Shown in pieces: positions 30,948 through 41,532 of a stretch of DNA of 64,000 nt; within the stretch, counting starts at the first letter, position 1; every line of letters starts with the position of its first letter. The translations under genes were made by a program, and so were the position numbers. The stretch lies in contig JBEGVH010000030.1 in assembly GCA_041178425.1 (NCBI GenBank), positions 32,001-96,000 of the forward strand. Reading direction: 5' to 3'. This DNA comes from Pseudomonadota bacterium. GTDB lineage: Bacteria; Bdellovibrionota; Bdellovibrionia; Bdellovibrionales; Bdellovibrionaceae. Below the pieces are notes generated by a model, which ran no database searches, was not told the origin of the DNA, and saw only the letters and a program-made list of their open reading frames with translations.

Positions 30948-31538
30948 CTATTTTTTGTCTTGTGGGCGTTGAAGGACAGCAAAATTGATTTCGCCCGCAC
31001 CTGCCTCGGTGAGGGTAAAAAGGATCTTTTTAACAGTTAGAAAATCGGTTTCTTTGTCGGCTTGAACCGTAATTTTCTTCCAAGGCTCAAGAACCTGCTG
31101 CTCAGCCATTTCTTCGGGCTTCAAAGCTGTTCTAACATCTTTTAAAACACCTTCTTTATCAGCCTTAAGTTTTGCCTCAGCTAGAGATTTTTGCGCCTCT
31201 ACGAAGAGCGACTGAATCATCCAGTCTTTCTGGGCCTTGATCGCTTCTACCTTTTCAGTGATTGGCCGGTCATCAATAAGCACGCCAGAAGCTGAAACTG
31301 TAACGATAATAGATGGCTTTAACTCTTTTATGACCTCAGCTTTTGGAAGGATTAGATCCTTAGGAATATTAACAACGAGCCCTTCCGTATTGTAGTTCTG
31401 AAGAAGGAATATAACGAGAACCGTGAACATATCAACCATTGCTGTCAAAGATAGCAGGGCGGTCACTTCACGCTTCCCTTTTTTGCGACTAAGAAGCCTA
31501 TGATTTCTAAATTTTTCGCCGGGAGCATAAATAGCCAT
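30948..31538 (-). CDS. ExbD/TolR family protein (AglS-like)
   Basis: LSLTAMVDMFTVLVIFLL TM with conserved Asp; QADKET. Confidence 0.9.
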   Translation of the reverse strand: MAIYAPGEKFRNHRLLSRKKGKREVTALLSLTAMVDMFTVLVIFLLQNYNTEGLVVNIPKDLILPKAEVIKELKPSIIVTVSASGVLIDDRPITEKVEAIKAQKDWMIQSLFVEAQKSLAEAKLKADKEGVLKDVRTALKPEEMAEQQVLEPWKKITVQADKETDFLTVKKILFTLTEAGAGEINFAVLQRPQDKK

Positions 31539-32005
31539 TAGATACCTCCTGAAGCGACGCTGATTTTAGGAAAACCAGACTTCAACATAATATCCATTCC
31601 GGTGATCAGATGGTCAAACGCCAATAAGTCGTCCATTGCAACCATTGCATCAAGCTTGTCAGGAAATAACAACTTTGCCTGATCCAACATTTCTTTTAAA
31701 GCCACCGTATCAAAAGCTTCACCCTGACGAGCAATAAGTTTCTGATCTCGGCCAATGGTTACAAAATATCCGTCTTGACGAATATCAACTCGAACAACTT
31801 TATCCATGTCTGGAGTCAATGGAACCGACTGGTCTCCAGACTTTTTGGAGTAGAGAGAACTACCAATTTGAATCATCGAAACTTGAGTCCAAACTGCCGT
31901 AATCAGCAAGAATGTAATGAGAACGCTCATCAGATCGATAAATGGAACGAGATTAAGTTCTAAACTCGTTCGTCGTCCCGATCCGCCGCTTTCTATGTGA
32001 GCCAT
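31538..32005 (-). CDS. ExbD/TolR family protein (AglQ-like)
   Basis: ELNLVPFIDLMSVLITFLLITAVW. Confidence 0.9.
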   Translation of the reverse strand: MAHIESGGSGRRTSLELNLVPFIDLMSVLITFLLITAVWTQVSMIQIGSSLYSKKSGDQSVPLTPDMDKVVRVDIRQDGYFVTIGRDQKLIARQGEAFDTVALKEMLDQAKLLFPDKLDAMVAMDDLLAFDHLITGMDIMLKSGFPKISVASGGI

Positions 32006-32040
32006 AAAAACCTCAAGTTAACTTTCTCAATAAGTTAGAT

Positions 32041-32706
32041 TTAGTCTCTAATTTTATCTCGGTTTGCCGCAACTAAATTCAACATTTGCATTGAACTTTC
32101 CATCAACTCATTCTCAGCTCGCTGAATCTGCATCTGATAATAGGCGTATGCAACAATACAAATGATCGAAACCATAAGACCGAAAGCAGTACAGTTGAGG
32201 GCGTGGGCAATACCGCTTGAAAGTTCCGCTGCTTTTGTTGCGTTGTCTGCGTTGGCCACCGCACCGAATGATCTGATCATCCCTACGATTGTTCCTAAAA
32301 GACCGGCAAGAACCGATACGTTACCAAAAACGGCAAGAAATGGAGTCCAGCCTTCGAGCTTAGGAGTCTCTCTTAAAACCGATGCATCCATGGCGACTTG
32401 AACTTCCTCGTCGGGGCGTTTGTTCAATACCGCAACCAAACCCGCCTTAATCGTGTTGGTCATTGGCGCCGGTCGCGCATCACAAAAAGCAAGGGCTTGC
32501 TTCAAATCGCCCTTAAGAATCATTCCAAAAATATTTTCGTTGAATTCTCGGCGATTGATTCGCGCTGAATTTAACGCCAACCAACGCTCCACAATCAGCA
32601 TGATTGAAAAAAGCCCAATCAATGCAATGACGTACATGATGGGTCCGCCGGCCTCAAAAGCCCGTTGAATAAACGGCAAGTTATCGATTTGTTGTTGTGG
32701 GTTCAC
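32041..32706 (-). CDS. MotA/TolQ/ExbB proton channel protein (AglR-like)
   Basis: GLLGTIVGMIRSF, GIAHALNCTAFGL. Confidence 0.92.
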   Translation of the reverse strand: MNPQQQIDNLPFIQRAFEAGGPIMYVIALIGLFSIMLIVERWLALNSARINRREFNENIFGMILKGDLKQALAFCDARPAPMTNTIKAGLVAVLNKRPDEEVQVAMDASVLRETPKLEGWTPFLAVFGNVSVLAGLLGTIVGMIRSFGAVANADNATKAAELSSGIAHALNCTAFGLMVSIICIVAYAYYQMQIQRAENELMESSMQMLNLVAANRDKIRD

Positions 32707-32725
32707 ATAGCCTCCTTAACTTAAA

Positions 32726-34744
32726 CTATTCTTTGTTTTGAAATGTAAATGGGAACAAAACTTCAGCAACGCTGTTAGGTGGTGGATCAGGAAACTGCCA
32801 CGTCACTAACTCGTTTTTAAGACAATTTTCAACGGCAGAATCACCCATCGTTGAATTATCAACGCTTGCAGAAACGACCCGGCCTCCCTCGCCAATTTCG
32901 AATCTCACGACCACACGGCCGCCAAGCTCTTTCTTGAACCGAAGTTCTTTTTCATAGCAGCGTCTAATGACAGCATGTTTACTACGAATCACTCTTAAAA
33001 CAGCATTACGATCAATGGTTCCAACGAAGCTAGCACCTAGGCCACCAACATCAACAGACACTCCGCCTTTGGTTCCCAGTCCGCTACCAACTCCACCATA
33101 ACCAGAGTTGCCACTTCCACGACCATTAGTGATACCACCACTGATACCCTCGGTCGCAACGCCTTTACCGCCAGCACCAGTGTCTTTAAAAGCAGAACCT
33201 AAATCATCACCGGGACGATTCTTCGCAAAACCTGCCGTGCCCGTCGCCTGATTCGCATCACCAATAATTCCACCGGCACCCTGAACGGCTTGGGCTAATT
33301 TACTTCGCGCTCCGCCACCACCAAAGGTGCTCGTTAAACCAACGGTACTCAAATCAACTGGCTTCTGCGTCTGGCTTGCGTTCGCTCCAGCCTGCTCCCC
33401 TAACTTCACGCCGCCACCTTGTTGAAGCGAAGTGAAATTCTTTTTGGCATTTACGTTTTTATTAGGAGCTGCTTCTGCGGCTTTACTTCCTGCATTGCCA
33501 GAAGCACCAGAACTCGCCGATTTATCGGTGTTTTGAGTTTTAGAAGGAGCCGTTGCCGCTTTTGTTGTTTCACCCAAAACAACTTTTTGCTTCTCTTTGG
33601 GAGGAGTTTCGATTTTAACCGGCGGAGGAGTGGGTGGTTTAGGCATCACCGGCTCCGCTTTAGGCTTCACCGTTGGGTAAACAAATTTAGTCACAGAAAT
33701 AATTTGTGGTTCTTCTTCTTCCTTTGGCACTTCAATTGGGGCGTGAATAGCGTTATAAAGAGCTAACAAACCCACCAAGGCTGCCGCCGACAAGACACTC
33801 GAAATCTCGCCTGTTGTGAAAGGAAGAAATGGCAAAAGAGTCGGCTTTTGAGTTGCCGGAACATAGCGAAAATAAATATTGATGAGGTTCGGAACCAAAC
33901 TCAGTCTAAAGCCTTCGCCTTGCTCGAGACGAAGAACATCGTTTCCGCCAGAACCAGAGGTCAAACGACCTTTCTGTTTGATAGCCGTAAAATCTTGAAC
34001 ACCACTCTCGAGAAGTAGGTCTCCATCCATTCCACTTCGAAGGTTGATTGCAGCCACTCCGGCCTGAAAGTCAACAACCACGTAGTTGCCAATAAAGAGG
34101 CCCGCCGGAAGTGGAATATCGATTTTTTCACCAGAGCCCACAGTCACAGCCTTGTTACCTCTGAAATGGTAGGTCTCTATGATTCGCTCTTTCCATCCAA
34201 CACTGACTTCTAAAACGGATCCCTTGCTAGGTTTGATAACCAGGTTTGCTTCAGGCTCTGCGCTCGGCGGCGCGAAAGTTCCAGCAAGGTCGGGCTTCGG
34301 AAGACTTGCTTCTTTTTGATTAGACGCCTTGTCCACTTTAACCACTGAAGGGCTCACTGGGCTCACAGTACGAGGCGGAGGACTCACTTTTGGGGTAGCA
34401 ACCACCGTTACATTTGTCACCTCAGGTGGCGCTACAATCGGTTTTGGAGCTCCAACACTAAATTGCAAACGAAAGGGGCCGATGTTGAAGTCTTCACCAG
34501 ACTCTAAAACCTCATCTAGAATTTGCTTATCGCCCTTAAAAGTTCCTTGGGTCGATCCGAGGTCGCAAATATAAAAGGTTTCATTACGTTTTTCGATTAA
34601 GGCATGAATAGGAGAAACCTGCGAGTCATCGAGATGAAGATTCACTTCGGCTTGATTACCAATAACGATCTGATCGAGCTGAAATTGCTTCACCTCGACA
34701 ATATGATCTCCCTTAAAAACTCTTAAAATAATTGGCAGATTCAA
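32726..34744 (-). CDS. GltG/PglI (AgmX/PglI C-terminal) family: FHA - TM - Pro/Gly-rich linker - TonB-C domain
   Basis: VSPIHA...DLGSTQGT FHA; IRRCYEKEL...GRVVVRFEIG...WQFP.P...FPFTF. Confidence 0.88.
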   Translation of the reverse strand: MNLPIILRVFKGDHIVEVKQFQLDQIVIGNQAEVNLHLDDSQVSPIHALIEKRNETFYICDLGSTQGTFKGDKQILDEVLESGEDFNIGPFRLQFSVGAPKPIVAPPEVTNVTVVATPKVSPPPRTVSPVSPSVVKVDKASNQKEASLPKPDLAGTFAPPSAEPEANLVIKPSKGSVLEVSVGWKERIIETYHFRGNKAVTVGSGEKIDIPLPAGLFIGNYVVVDFQAGVAAINLRSGMDGDLLLESGVQDFTAIKQKGRLTSGSGGNDVLRLEQGEGFRLSLVPNLINIYFRYVPATQKPTLLPFLPFTTGEISSVLSAAALVGLLALYNAIHAPIEVPKEEEEPQIISVTKFVYPTVKPKAEPVMPKPPTPPPVKIETPPKEKQKVVLGETTKAATAPSKTQNTDKSASSGASGNAGSKAAEAAPNKNVNAKKNFTSLQQGGGVKLGEQAGANASQTQKPVDLSTVGLTSTFGGGGARSKLAQAVQGAGGIIGDANQATGTAGFAKNRPGDDLGSAFKDTGAGGKGVATEGISGGITNGRGSGNSGYGGVGSGLGTKGGVSVDVGGLGASFVGTIDRNAVLRVIRSKHAVIRRCYEKELRFKKELGGRVVVRFEIGEGGRVVSASVDNSTMGDSAVENCLKNELVTWQFPDPPPNSVAEVLFPFTFQNKE

Positions 34745-35022
34745 TTGTTACTCCCAGAGCCTCTTAGCATTTCTCCGCTCTCCACCATTTCAGGTAAAAA
34801 GTGTTCACGAAGTCGAATCAATTTCTTAAAGTTAAAATTCTTTCTCTGAAGGAGGTACATAAGCTCAGGCTTCTGAATACCACCCTCAATCAATTCATCT
34901 TCGAAATTGAGAGTATGCTTTTTCTTGGGCTCCTCATTACTCGTTTGTGCATTAACCGTACTCGCTCCAAAAACAAACGTTAGTCCTACCAAAACAAAAA
35001 TGATTTGCAAAGTTACTCTCAT
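34741..35022 (-). CDS. GltF/CglF-like small exported protein
   Basis: Signal peptide; LNFEDELIEGGIQKPE...FKKLIRLREHF; ATG behind GAGGTGG. Confidence 0.8.
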   Translation of the reverse strand: MRVTLQIIFVLVGLTFVFGASTVNAQTSNEEPKKKHTLNFEDELIEGGIQKPELMYLLQRKNFNFKKLIRLREHFLPEMVESGEMLRGSGSNN

Positions 35023-35041
35023 TTTAACCACCTCAAATGCC

Positions 35042-35932
35042 CTACCGGTTTTTACTTTCTTCAGATGCACTGCCGCTAATTGTCTCTTCCATCTTTAAAA
35101 TGGCACTTTTCTTATTTGCCGGCATTCCAAGAAAACGAATTTTATCAAGCATTTCATTCGCTTCCTTGTAGTCCTTCTTTACATAGGTCAAATACAAGGC
35201 GTAATTGAAAGACACAGCAAAATCCGAACCACCCTCTTTGAGAGCCTGTTTAAATATATCTTGTGTATCGCTATCGTTGTCGGCCAATAGAGCCGCGCCA
35301 TAGTTATTGAGGAGTGACACATCTTTAATTCCTCCCTCATAGGCAATCTCGAGATATTTTTTTGCTTTGGAATAATCTTTTCCACCCGCCAAGATGGCAC
35401 CCAAATTAGCCGCCGCAATGGGGTAGTTGGATTTAACGGCTAGGGCTTTACGGTAAAATTCCGTGGCTTGTCGTCGCTCGCCCAACTGACCATAAATCAC
35501 ACCCATATTATTAAGGGCAGCAATGTTTTTGGGTTCTTTATCTAAGATGTTCTTGAGTATCATTTTTGCCAGAGGAGTTCTTCCCTTCGACAAATGAAAA
35601 AGCGCCAACGAATTGAGTGCTTTTGAATCATTTTGATCTTGTGAAAGCACCGCTGCGATAGCCTTCTCAACCGATGCGTCTTGCCCCGAAGTCAAAGCCA
35701 TTTGTACACCGTCGTAGAGCTCATTTTTTGATGGAACGACATCGACAATTGGCGAAGAAGACGATTTTGCCGTGCTTCCAGGTTCGCCGACGACCGATTC
35801 CACGGAGGGAGCTTCAGCCCCTGAAGAGCCACGCTGCCCACTCGTTGTTTTTTGTTTGTTTCCACCGCTCGAGCAACCGACGAGAAGGTGAACCAATAAC
35901 AAAGAACTAATTCCTAATAAGTACTGTTTCAT
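35042..35932 (-). CDS. TPR lipoprotein (GltE/AglT-like)
   Basis: Lipobox LVGC, TPRs (AALNNMGVIY, AAANLGAI), position in the cluster. Confidence 0.82.
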   Translation of the reverse strand: MKQYLLGISSLLLVHLLVGCSSGGNKQKTTSGQRGSSGAEAPSVESVVGEPGSTAKSSSSPIVDVVPSKNELYDGVQMALTSGQDASVEKAIAAVLSQDQNDSKALNSLALFHLSKGRTPLAKMILKNILDKEPKNIAALNNMGVIYGQLGERRQATEFYRKALAVKSNYPIAAANLGAILAGGKDYSKAKKYLEIAYEGGIKDVSLLNNYGAALLADNDSDTQDIFKQALKEGGSDFAVSFNYALYLTYVKKDYKEANEMLDKIRFLGMPANKKSAILKMEETISGSASEESKNR

Positions 35933-38900
35933 TTGAACCCCATCCAATCTTGATAGGTTTTAGGCATAGCCTCTTGGCCAATATCCAATATAAAATTAGG
36001 ATCCATAGCTCTTACAGCCTCAATCGACGCAAAATAAGCAGAAGTGTAAGCTTCAAGCTCGCGGCCTTTTGCGATGGCTCCGCGATAGCTCTCAAGCGCC
36101 TTCGATGAAAATGGTTTAGCCATTTCACCAACAGCACTCATATATTGCTGCCTGGTTGCCTCGTCTTTGGTGACTTCGGGTGGGACCGGTGCCCCCATGA
36201 GTGCCGAATTCATATGAGCATTCGTGCGCCCTAGTAATTCTAACGCCCCAACCACCTCTTCAGCGCTGTCGTATTTGACAATTTCAGCAAGGCCTTGATT
36301 CAACTTATTTACTAATTCCAATTTTTGCTCCGCCACTTTTTTCATTTTAGCGGTATTTGCTGGAAACTTTAAAGCTGTTAGATTCGAGTACAACTGTTCA
36401 ATATTTTGAAGCTTCACTTTAGCCGCAAAGCGAGCGCCTGGTCCTTTGAGTCTGGGCACTAAACTTTGTTGCACCTGCACAACCTTTGTACGCCAATTAG
36501 TAGCTTCGCCTTTACTATTTAATCGAGAAAAGCTCTCTGCTGTATTGAAGTGAGACTCAACAATCAGATCGGGAACCTTTCCGATTTTGATATACTCTTT
36601 GTAATAGCCAATGGCTTTACTGTACTGCTTGTTTCGAAATGAAAGGTCGGCCATTCGGTAATAAATGTCGGGTTTCTCTACCGCCGAGGCTGTTTTTAGA
36701 TAAGTTTCATAATTCTTAATCGCCTTACTAACATCATTGAGCCCATCGTAAAGAATGGCTGCATTGTAATAGTAATCCTGAGACTCTTTTGTTCCAGGAT
36801 TTTTGTCGCCGGCAATCACATAGGCCAATGCCGCCCGCTGATACATTCCCAAATCTTGATACATTTTAGGTAGCAACCGAATGGCTTTAGCGTGCAAAGG
36901 AGGAGCTTCTTTGGTCTTATTTCTCAAAACCGCTTCGAGTGAAACCACCGACGGCATAATGCGCCCTGCTCGTTGGTAGTTAACACCAGCATTAAACTGA
37001 GCTTTCAAAACAAGTGCTGACTTAGGAAACTTTTTTGCAAAATCCTCATACCTTTTTGCGCTTCCAATGTAGTCTTTTTTTGCCTCTGTATCCTCACACG
37101 CCTTGAAGCTCGCTCGTTCGAGAATGTTTCTGATCTGACCGGCCGAGGCACTTTGAGAGAGCTCTTCGTTGGCAAGAAGTTCATTCCCTACACGCTCTAA
37201 TCCAACGAAATCTTTTCGAAGGTTATACATATCGAGCAGAAGATTCGAAGCATATTCAGCCTGCTTTGACTTCGGGTGGAGTTTAACCACCTCACGAAAT
37301 ACCCTTTCAGCCTCTGGGAAATGGTTCGAAAGGTAATAGAGTCTTCCGATTTTGAATCGAAGCTCAACATTCTTATCACCTTTTTGAAAATTCTTGAGAT
37401 ACCACTCTCCGTTTTCGATAAACTGCTTAACCCGTGGATCTAACTCCAGCGCTGTCGTTGATTGACCCACTCTCGCCTGCATTTGCTGCTCAGTGGGAAG
37501 ATTTTTTTCAAGACCTAAAACCATGTTGATGGCTGCTTTTGGACCATATTTGCTCTGAGGAGCATTCTTTGCTACCCAAGCGTATTGCTGAGCCGCTTCG
37601 CCGTATCTCTCCATATCGTACAATAACTCACCATAAAAGAACATCATGTCGGGATAGTTAGGCGAATCCTGAAACTCAGCCAGGTACAGCTTGTATCCAT
37701 CGGCCGCTTTCTGTTGGTCTACTTTGCCGTGAGATTTTTGCGCAGACTGATGGTGCTGAAGCGTGTAGGTTTTCAAGAAATTTTCAAGTGTTTTATAGCT
37801 CGAATCCATGAGGGCCTTATTTTCGCGATTGTCTTTTCGCCAATCTGATTTGGGGCCATATTGCTTAACAAAGGTGTAGAGCTCCTCACGAAACTTCTCT
37901 GTGTTAACCAAATTGAGATAGTTGTTCACAATCTGATACTGATAATCAAAAGCCTTTGTGTTGGATCGATCCAAAGCAATTAACTGTTTAAACAGCATAG
38001 TTCCTTTGTCTTTTTCGCCTTTGTCGCTGTAGTAATAAGCTAACTTCTCAACTTCTTTGGGAGCGTTCGCCTCACCAAGAATTCGACTAAAATAATTTAA
38101 GGCTTGGTTAGCATCACCGCCCTCGACATAAAAAACAACGAGGTCGCGTCGAGCTTCATCATCGAGCTTTGCGATCTTTACCTTCTTTTTGGCCGACTCG
38201 GCACCCAAGCGAATGAGGACTTCAAGATAGCGAAGGCCCTCTTTGCTTTGTCCAAGACGATGATAGCACCAGGCCGCCTTGTAGAGCGAAATTCCAAAGA
38301 GGCGAGACGACTTATTGACTATTACCTTCTTATAAGAATCAAGGGCCGTTTCAAATTTATCTAAATCAAAATAATATTCGCCGATAGAAAAGTGAGCTTC
38401 GCCTACATACTGGCTTTTTGGATACTCGCTCGCCAATCGAGCGTAGTAACCAGCACCCTTCTTAAAATCGTCCATTGCAATATAGTTAAAACCTAAAAAG
38501 TAAAGGGCCTGATCCATTTTTGGATCAGTTTTGAAGTCTCTTATAAAATACTCATAAAGCTGAATCGACTTCTTGTTATAGTCGTTGGCCATCCCCAAAT
38601 CGACCGTTGGCTTGATGGAGATTTTCTTTTGATTAAAGAGGGCTAGCTTTTCTTCATACTCATCTTGTCGTCGAGCACGAATATAATCTGCTTTCTCAAC
38701 GTATAGTTCGGCCAATCGTAGCCATAACTCGCCTCGGTTTGGACTATTCTTCATTTTTTGAGTAATTTTGAAGAGTTCCTGAATTTGACGATCGGTGATC
38801 TTCTCTAACTCAACGCGATCCTTACCATATTTTTCAACATTAATAACTTCCTGAGACTGCGTTGGTTTGATCGAATTAAAATTAACCCGTTCGCGCTGTT

Positions 38901-39078
38901 GCTGAACCTGCGGCGCTAGGGTGGGCAGAGCTAAAGCCTCTTTCGACATCACTGGGGCCGAACTTCCCCCTGTTTTTCTCAATTTTTGGAACATGTCTCC
39001 GATGGTTTCTTCAGCATAGGCAGACAGCGAAATTCCTAAAACAGTAAAAGTAGCAATAAATATTTTTTTAGTTTTCAC
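35929..39078 (-). CDS. Large periplasmic TPR protein (GltD/AgmU-like)
   Basis: Signal peptide, ELWLRLAELY, many TPRs; GTG start. Confidence 0.85.
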   Translation of the reverse strand: MKTKKIFIATFTVLGISLSAYAEETIGDMFQKLRKTGGSSAPVMSKEALALPTLAPQVQQQRERVNFNSIKPTQSQEVINVEKYGKDRVELEKITDRQIQELFKITQKMKNSPNRGELWLRLAELYVEKADYIRARRQDEYEEKLALFNQKKISIKPTVDLGMANDYNKKSIQLYEYFIRDFKTDPKMDQALYFLGFNYIAMDDFKKGAGYYARLASEYPKSQYVGEAHFSIGEYYFDLDKFETALDSYKKVIVNKSSRLFGISLYKAAWCYHRLGQSKEGLRYLEVLIRLGAESAKKKVKIAKLDDEARRDLVVFYVEGGDANQALNYFSRILGEANAPKEVEKLAYYYSDKGEKDKGTMLFKQLIALDRSNTKAFDYQYQIVNNYLNLVNTEKFREELYTFVKQYGPKSDWRKDNRENKALMDSSYKTLENFLKTYTLQHHQSAQKSHGKVDQQKAADGYKLYLAEFQDSPNYPDMMFFYGELLYDMERYGEAAQQYAWVAKNAPQSKYGPKAAINMVLGLEKNLPTEQQMQARVGQSTTALELDPRVKQFIENGEWYLKNFQKGDKNVELRFKIGRLYYLSNHFPEAERVFREVVKLHPKSKQAEYASNLLLDMYNLRKDFVGLERVGNELLANEELSQSASAGQIRNILERASFKACEDTEAKKDYIGSAKRYEDFAKKFPKSALVLKAQFNAGVNYQRAGRIMPSVVSLEAVLRNKTKEAPPLHAKAIRLLPKMYQDLGMYQRAALAYVIAGDKNPGTKESQDYYYNAAILYDGLNDVSKAIKNYETYLKTASAVEKPDIYYRMADLSFRNKQYSKAIGYYKEYIKIGKVPDLIVESHFNTAESFSRLNSKGEATNWRTKVVQVQQSLVPRLKGPGARFAAKVKLQNIEQLYSNLTALKFPANTAKMKKVAEQKLELVNKLNQGLAEIVKYDSAEEVVGALELLGRTNAHMNSALMGAPVPPEVTKDEATRQQYMSAVGEMAKPFSSKALESYRGAIAKGRELEAYTSAYFASIEAVRAMDPNFILDIGQEAMPKTYQDWMGFK

Positions 39079-40633
39079 AGCTTTGCTTTCCAACATAGAA
39101 GTAATTTCCTATTTCATCGAGCCAGAATTCGCCTGTAAATGGCCAGTATTCATAGCCGTTTTTCACGTAGTAATTGCGGTCGTTAGAATCATCCACTCGA
39201 ACTTGATTTCTCGGAGACTCTGTCATTTTCTTTTGCAGCAGATCTTTTTGCAGACCAATCATCTCGTAGCGAAGGTAAGAGACTTGTTCATCGAGATCTC
39301 TGAGCTCTCCCTTAATGTAAAGAAGATGGATTCTCGTTTTGATTCCGATCAGCTTTTGCGCGGTTTTAATACGACCAATGAGTAGTTTTGTGGTGTACTT
39401 GCCTAGAGGAGACTCGAGGTAACCAAGGGGCATTGCTTCCATTTTCTTCTTTTCTTCGTAGAGATGTCTTAAATAGTCGAGTCCACGATCGATATCGGGC
39501 TTACCGATGATATAGCGTACAACTTTATACGGAATTCGTCCTTCGGCCATCTTACGACTGTTTTGAAGGTTCTTTTTATTGAGTAAACCTCGCTCCACTT
39601 CATCGAAATAAGCGCGAGGATCGTTTGTCGTTCTCAAGAAATCAACGATTTGCTTTTGAATACTTCCATAAGAAGTCTCAAAGAGATTCACGACTTTATT
39701 TACCTCTTCATATTTACAGATATAAAGGTAAACAATCGCTCTCAGCACCAGCGATTCAGGCACATAAAAATCATCGTAGTAACTCGAATGTAGCGATTGA
39801 AAATTGCCCAGAGCCGATCGAAAGCGCCCGTCTCTTAAGTCTGCCCACGAAGATTCAAAGAGGGCACTGTGCCAAAGGGTATGGTCACGAGGCACTTTAC
39901 GATAGAGATCTAAACTCTTTTCCCACTCTTTCTTTTGATAGTAGGTCCGGGCAAGCGCCATGAGAACCGCCACTCGAGTGTCGTTAGTGATTTTTCTTTT
40001 TTTGGCAGTGAGTAGTGCCTCAAATTTTCCAATGGCCGCATCGAGATCTCGCAACGTCGCAAAGCTTGTTCCTGCCATGTACTGAGCCATATCGGAGTAT
40101 TGGCTGTCGGGACTTACTCGATCAAAGGCCTGAATGGCTCCTTTGTAGTCTTTATTTCGAAACTTGATTTCACCCATTCGAAAGAAAAGCATGTCTTTTT
40201 CTTGGGCCGGAAAATCAGTCACTTTCATTTTTGAAATGGCATAATTCAAGATTGTTTCGTCGCCCAACTGATCGGCCGCTATCGAGAGAAGCTGCAGGCC
40301 TCGCTTAGTAAAACGATCATCATTAATGATAACCACATTAGCGAATTGCCAAGCTGCCACCTGCGGAAACTTTAAATCCATAAAGATTTTGCCGAGAGTC
40401 AGATACAACAAGGCTCGGTAGGGTTTCACCTCTGGGCGGGTGCGCATGGCAAAAAGAGCAGTTGCCGCAGGAATCATTTTTCTTTTCTCATACATGTCGA
40501 GCGCCGACTTGAGTGGCGCATAGCGAATTCCTGAGTAATTAACTTCTACATTTTGAGCGTGAACCCGAGGTGTTGCCACCAAAAAAGCAGCAGCCAACGA
40601 CCAACAGAGAACCGGTATTGATAGATTTTTCAT
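39068..40633 (-). CDS. TPR protein (GltC-like)
   Basis: ALFESSW, ALGNFQSLHS, C-terminal YEYWPFTGEFWLDEIGNY. Confidence 0.85.
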   Translation of the reverse strand: MKNLSIPVLCWSLAAAFLVATPRVHAQNVEVNYSGIRYAPLKSALDMYEKRKMIPAATALFAMRTRPEVKPYRALLYLTLGKIFMDLKFPQVAAWQFANVVIINDDRFTKRGLQLLSIAADQLGDETILNYAISKMKVTDFPAQEKDMLFFRMGEIKFRNKDYKGAIQAFDRVSPDSQYSDMAQYMAGTSFATLRDLDAAIGKFEALLTAKKRKITNDTRVAVLMALARTYYQKKEWEKSLDLYRKVPRDHTLWHSALFESSWADLRDGRFRSALGNFQSLHSSYYDDFYVPESLVLRAIVYLYICKYEEVNKVVNLFETSYGSIQKQIVDFLRTTNDPRAYFDEVERGLLNKKNLQNSRKMAEGRIPYKVVRYIIGKPDIDRGLDYLRHLYEEKKKMEAMPLGYLESPLGKYTTKLLIGRIKTAQKLIGIKTRIHLLYIKGELRDLDEQVSYLRYEMIGLQKDLLQKKMTESPRNQVRVDDSNDRNYYVKNGYEYWPFTGEFWLDEIGNYFYVGKQSCEN

Positions 40634-41460
40634 CGGTATGTTGCTCCTGGAAAGAGAATTAAGACTCCAATGCCGAGGTAAAGATCGCTGATGGTTCTTT
40701 TTTTGCCAGTATCGTTGAGCGCTCCGGTTGTGCTCACTTCAGGAACTTTTGCAGTATACTGAACATTGCTAAAGTCCCAACGCCAAGCAAGGCTCTTTGA
40801 AAGGGCAAAGATTTCTCCCGCGCCCAAGTGAACACTTGGAGCGGCTTTGTCGATATAAGAGGTTTCGGTAACCCCGCCACCCACAGAAACATAGAGATCA
40901 TAAGGAATGATTCTCTTGTCCATAAAAGTCATCTTGCCGTAAAAGGGAACAAACAATAAAGAAGCCCCCATATACCCATTACTACTGAGCATCGTTTTGG
41001 TAGTAATATTGTATTTCGAAGAGAGATCGGAAGTAACTAGTCGATCTGAAACTTTGTGGCGCCAGTAGTTTAGCTCCAAGCCAATCGTTTCGGTGAAGAA
41101 AAAATTCAGTCGCGCATTGACACCATAGGTATCAAAGAACGGATTGTTTGTTAGAAAGTTTAAGCCCCCATAAAGTTGAAAGCGATAGCTCTTTGGAAGA
41201 AACTTTTTCTGAATAATACTGATATCAGAAAAATTTGATAATTTTGGAAGCTCTTGAAAAGTGACGGGTTTGTTATCTTCGGAACGTCTCTCGGTTTCTG
41301 AAGGAGCCGTCTGATTGGCCTGTTCCTCGCCACGACGACTCATTTCTGACTCGATGGAATCAAGATCTATATCTGCCTCAGGTGCAGCCAATGCACAAAC
41401 CCCAACCAATGAGGTCATTAATACTGAACTGTTGATTAGCCGTTTCAATCCATGAAACAT
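40630..41460 (-). CDS. Outer-membrane beta-barrel protein (GltA/GltB-like)
   Basis: IQKKFLPK, NNPFF, PFYGK, amphipathic strands. Confidence 0.82.
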   Translation of the reverse strand: MFHGLKRLINSSVLMTSLVGVCALAAPEADIDLDSIESEMSRRGEEQANQTAPSETERRSEDNKPVTFQELPKLSNFSDISIIQKKFLPKSYRFQLYGGLNFLTNNPFFDTYGVNARLNFFFTETIGLELNYWRHKVSDRLVTSDLSSKYNITTKTMLSSNGYMGASLLFVPFYGKMTFMDKRIIPYDLYVSVGGGVTETSYIDKAAPSVHLGAGEIFALSKSLAWRWDFSNVQYTAKVPEVSTTGALNDTGKKRTISDLYLGIGVLILFPGATYR

Positions 41461-41532
41461 GTCACTCCCCTAACCTTCTTTTAGAACCCGGTTTCAACAC
41501 CATCAAATAGGGTACCCAAATTTTATTTACCC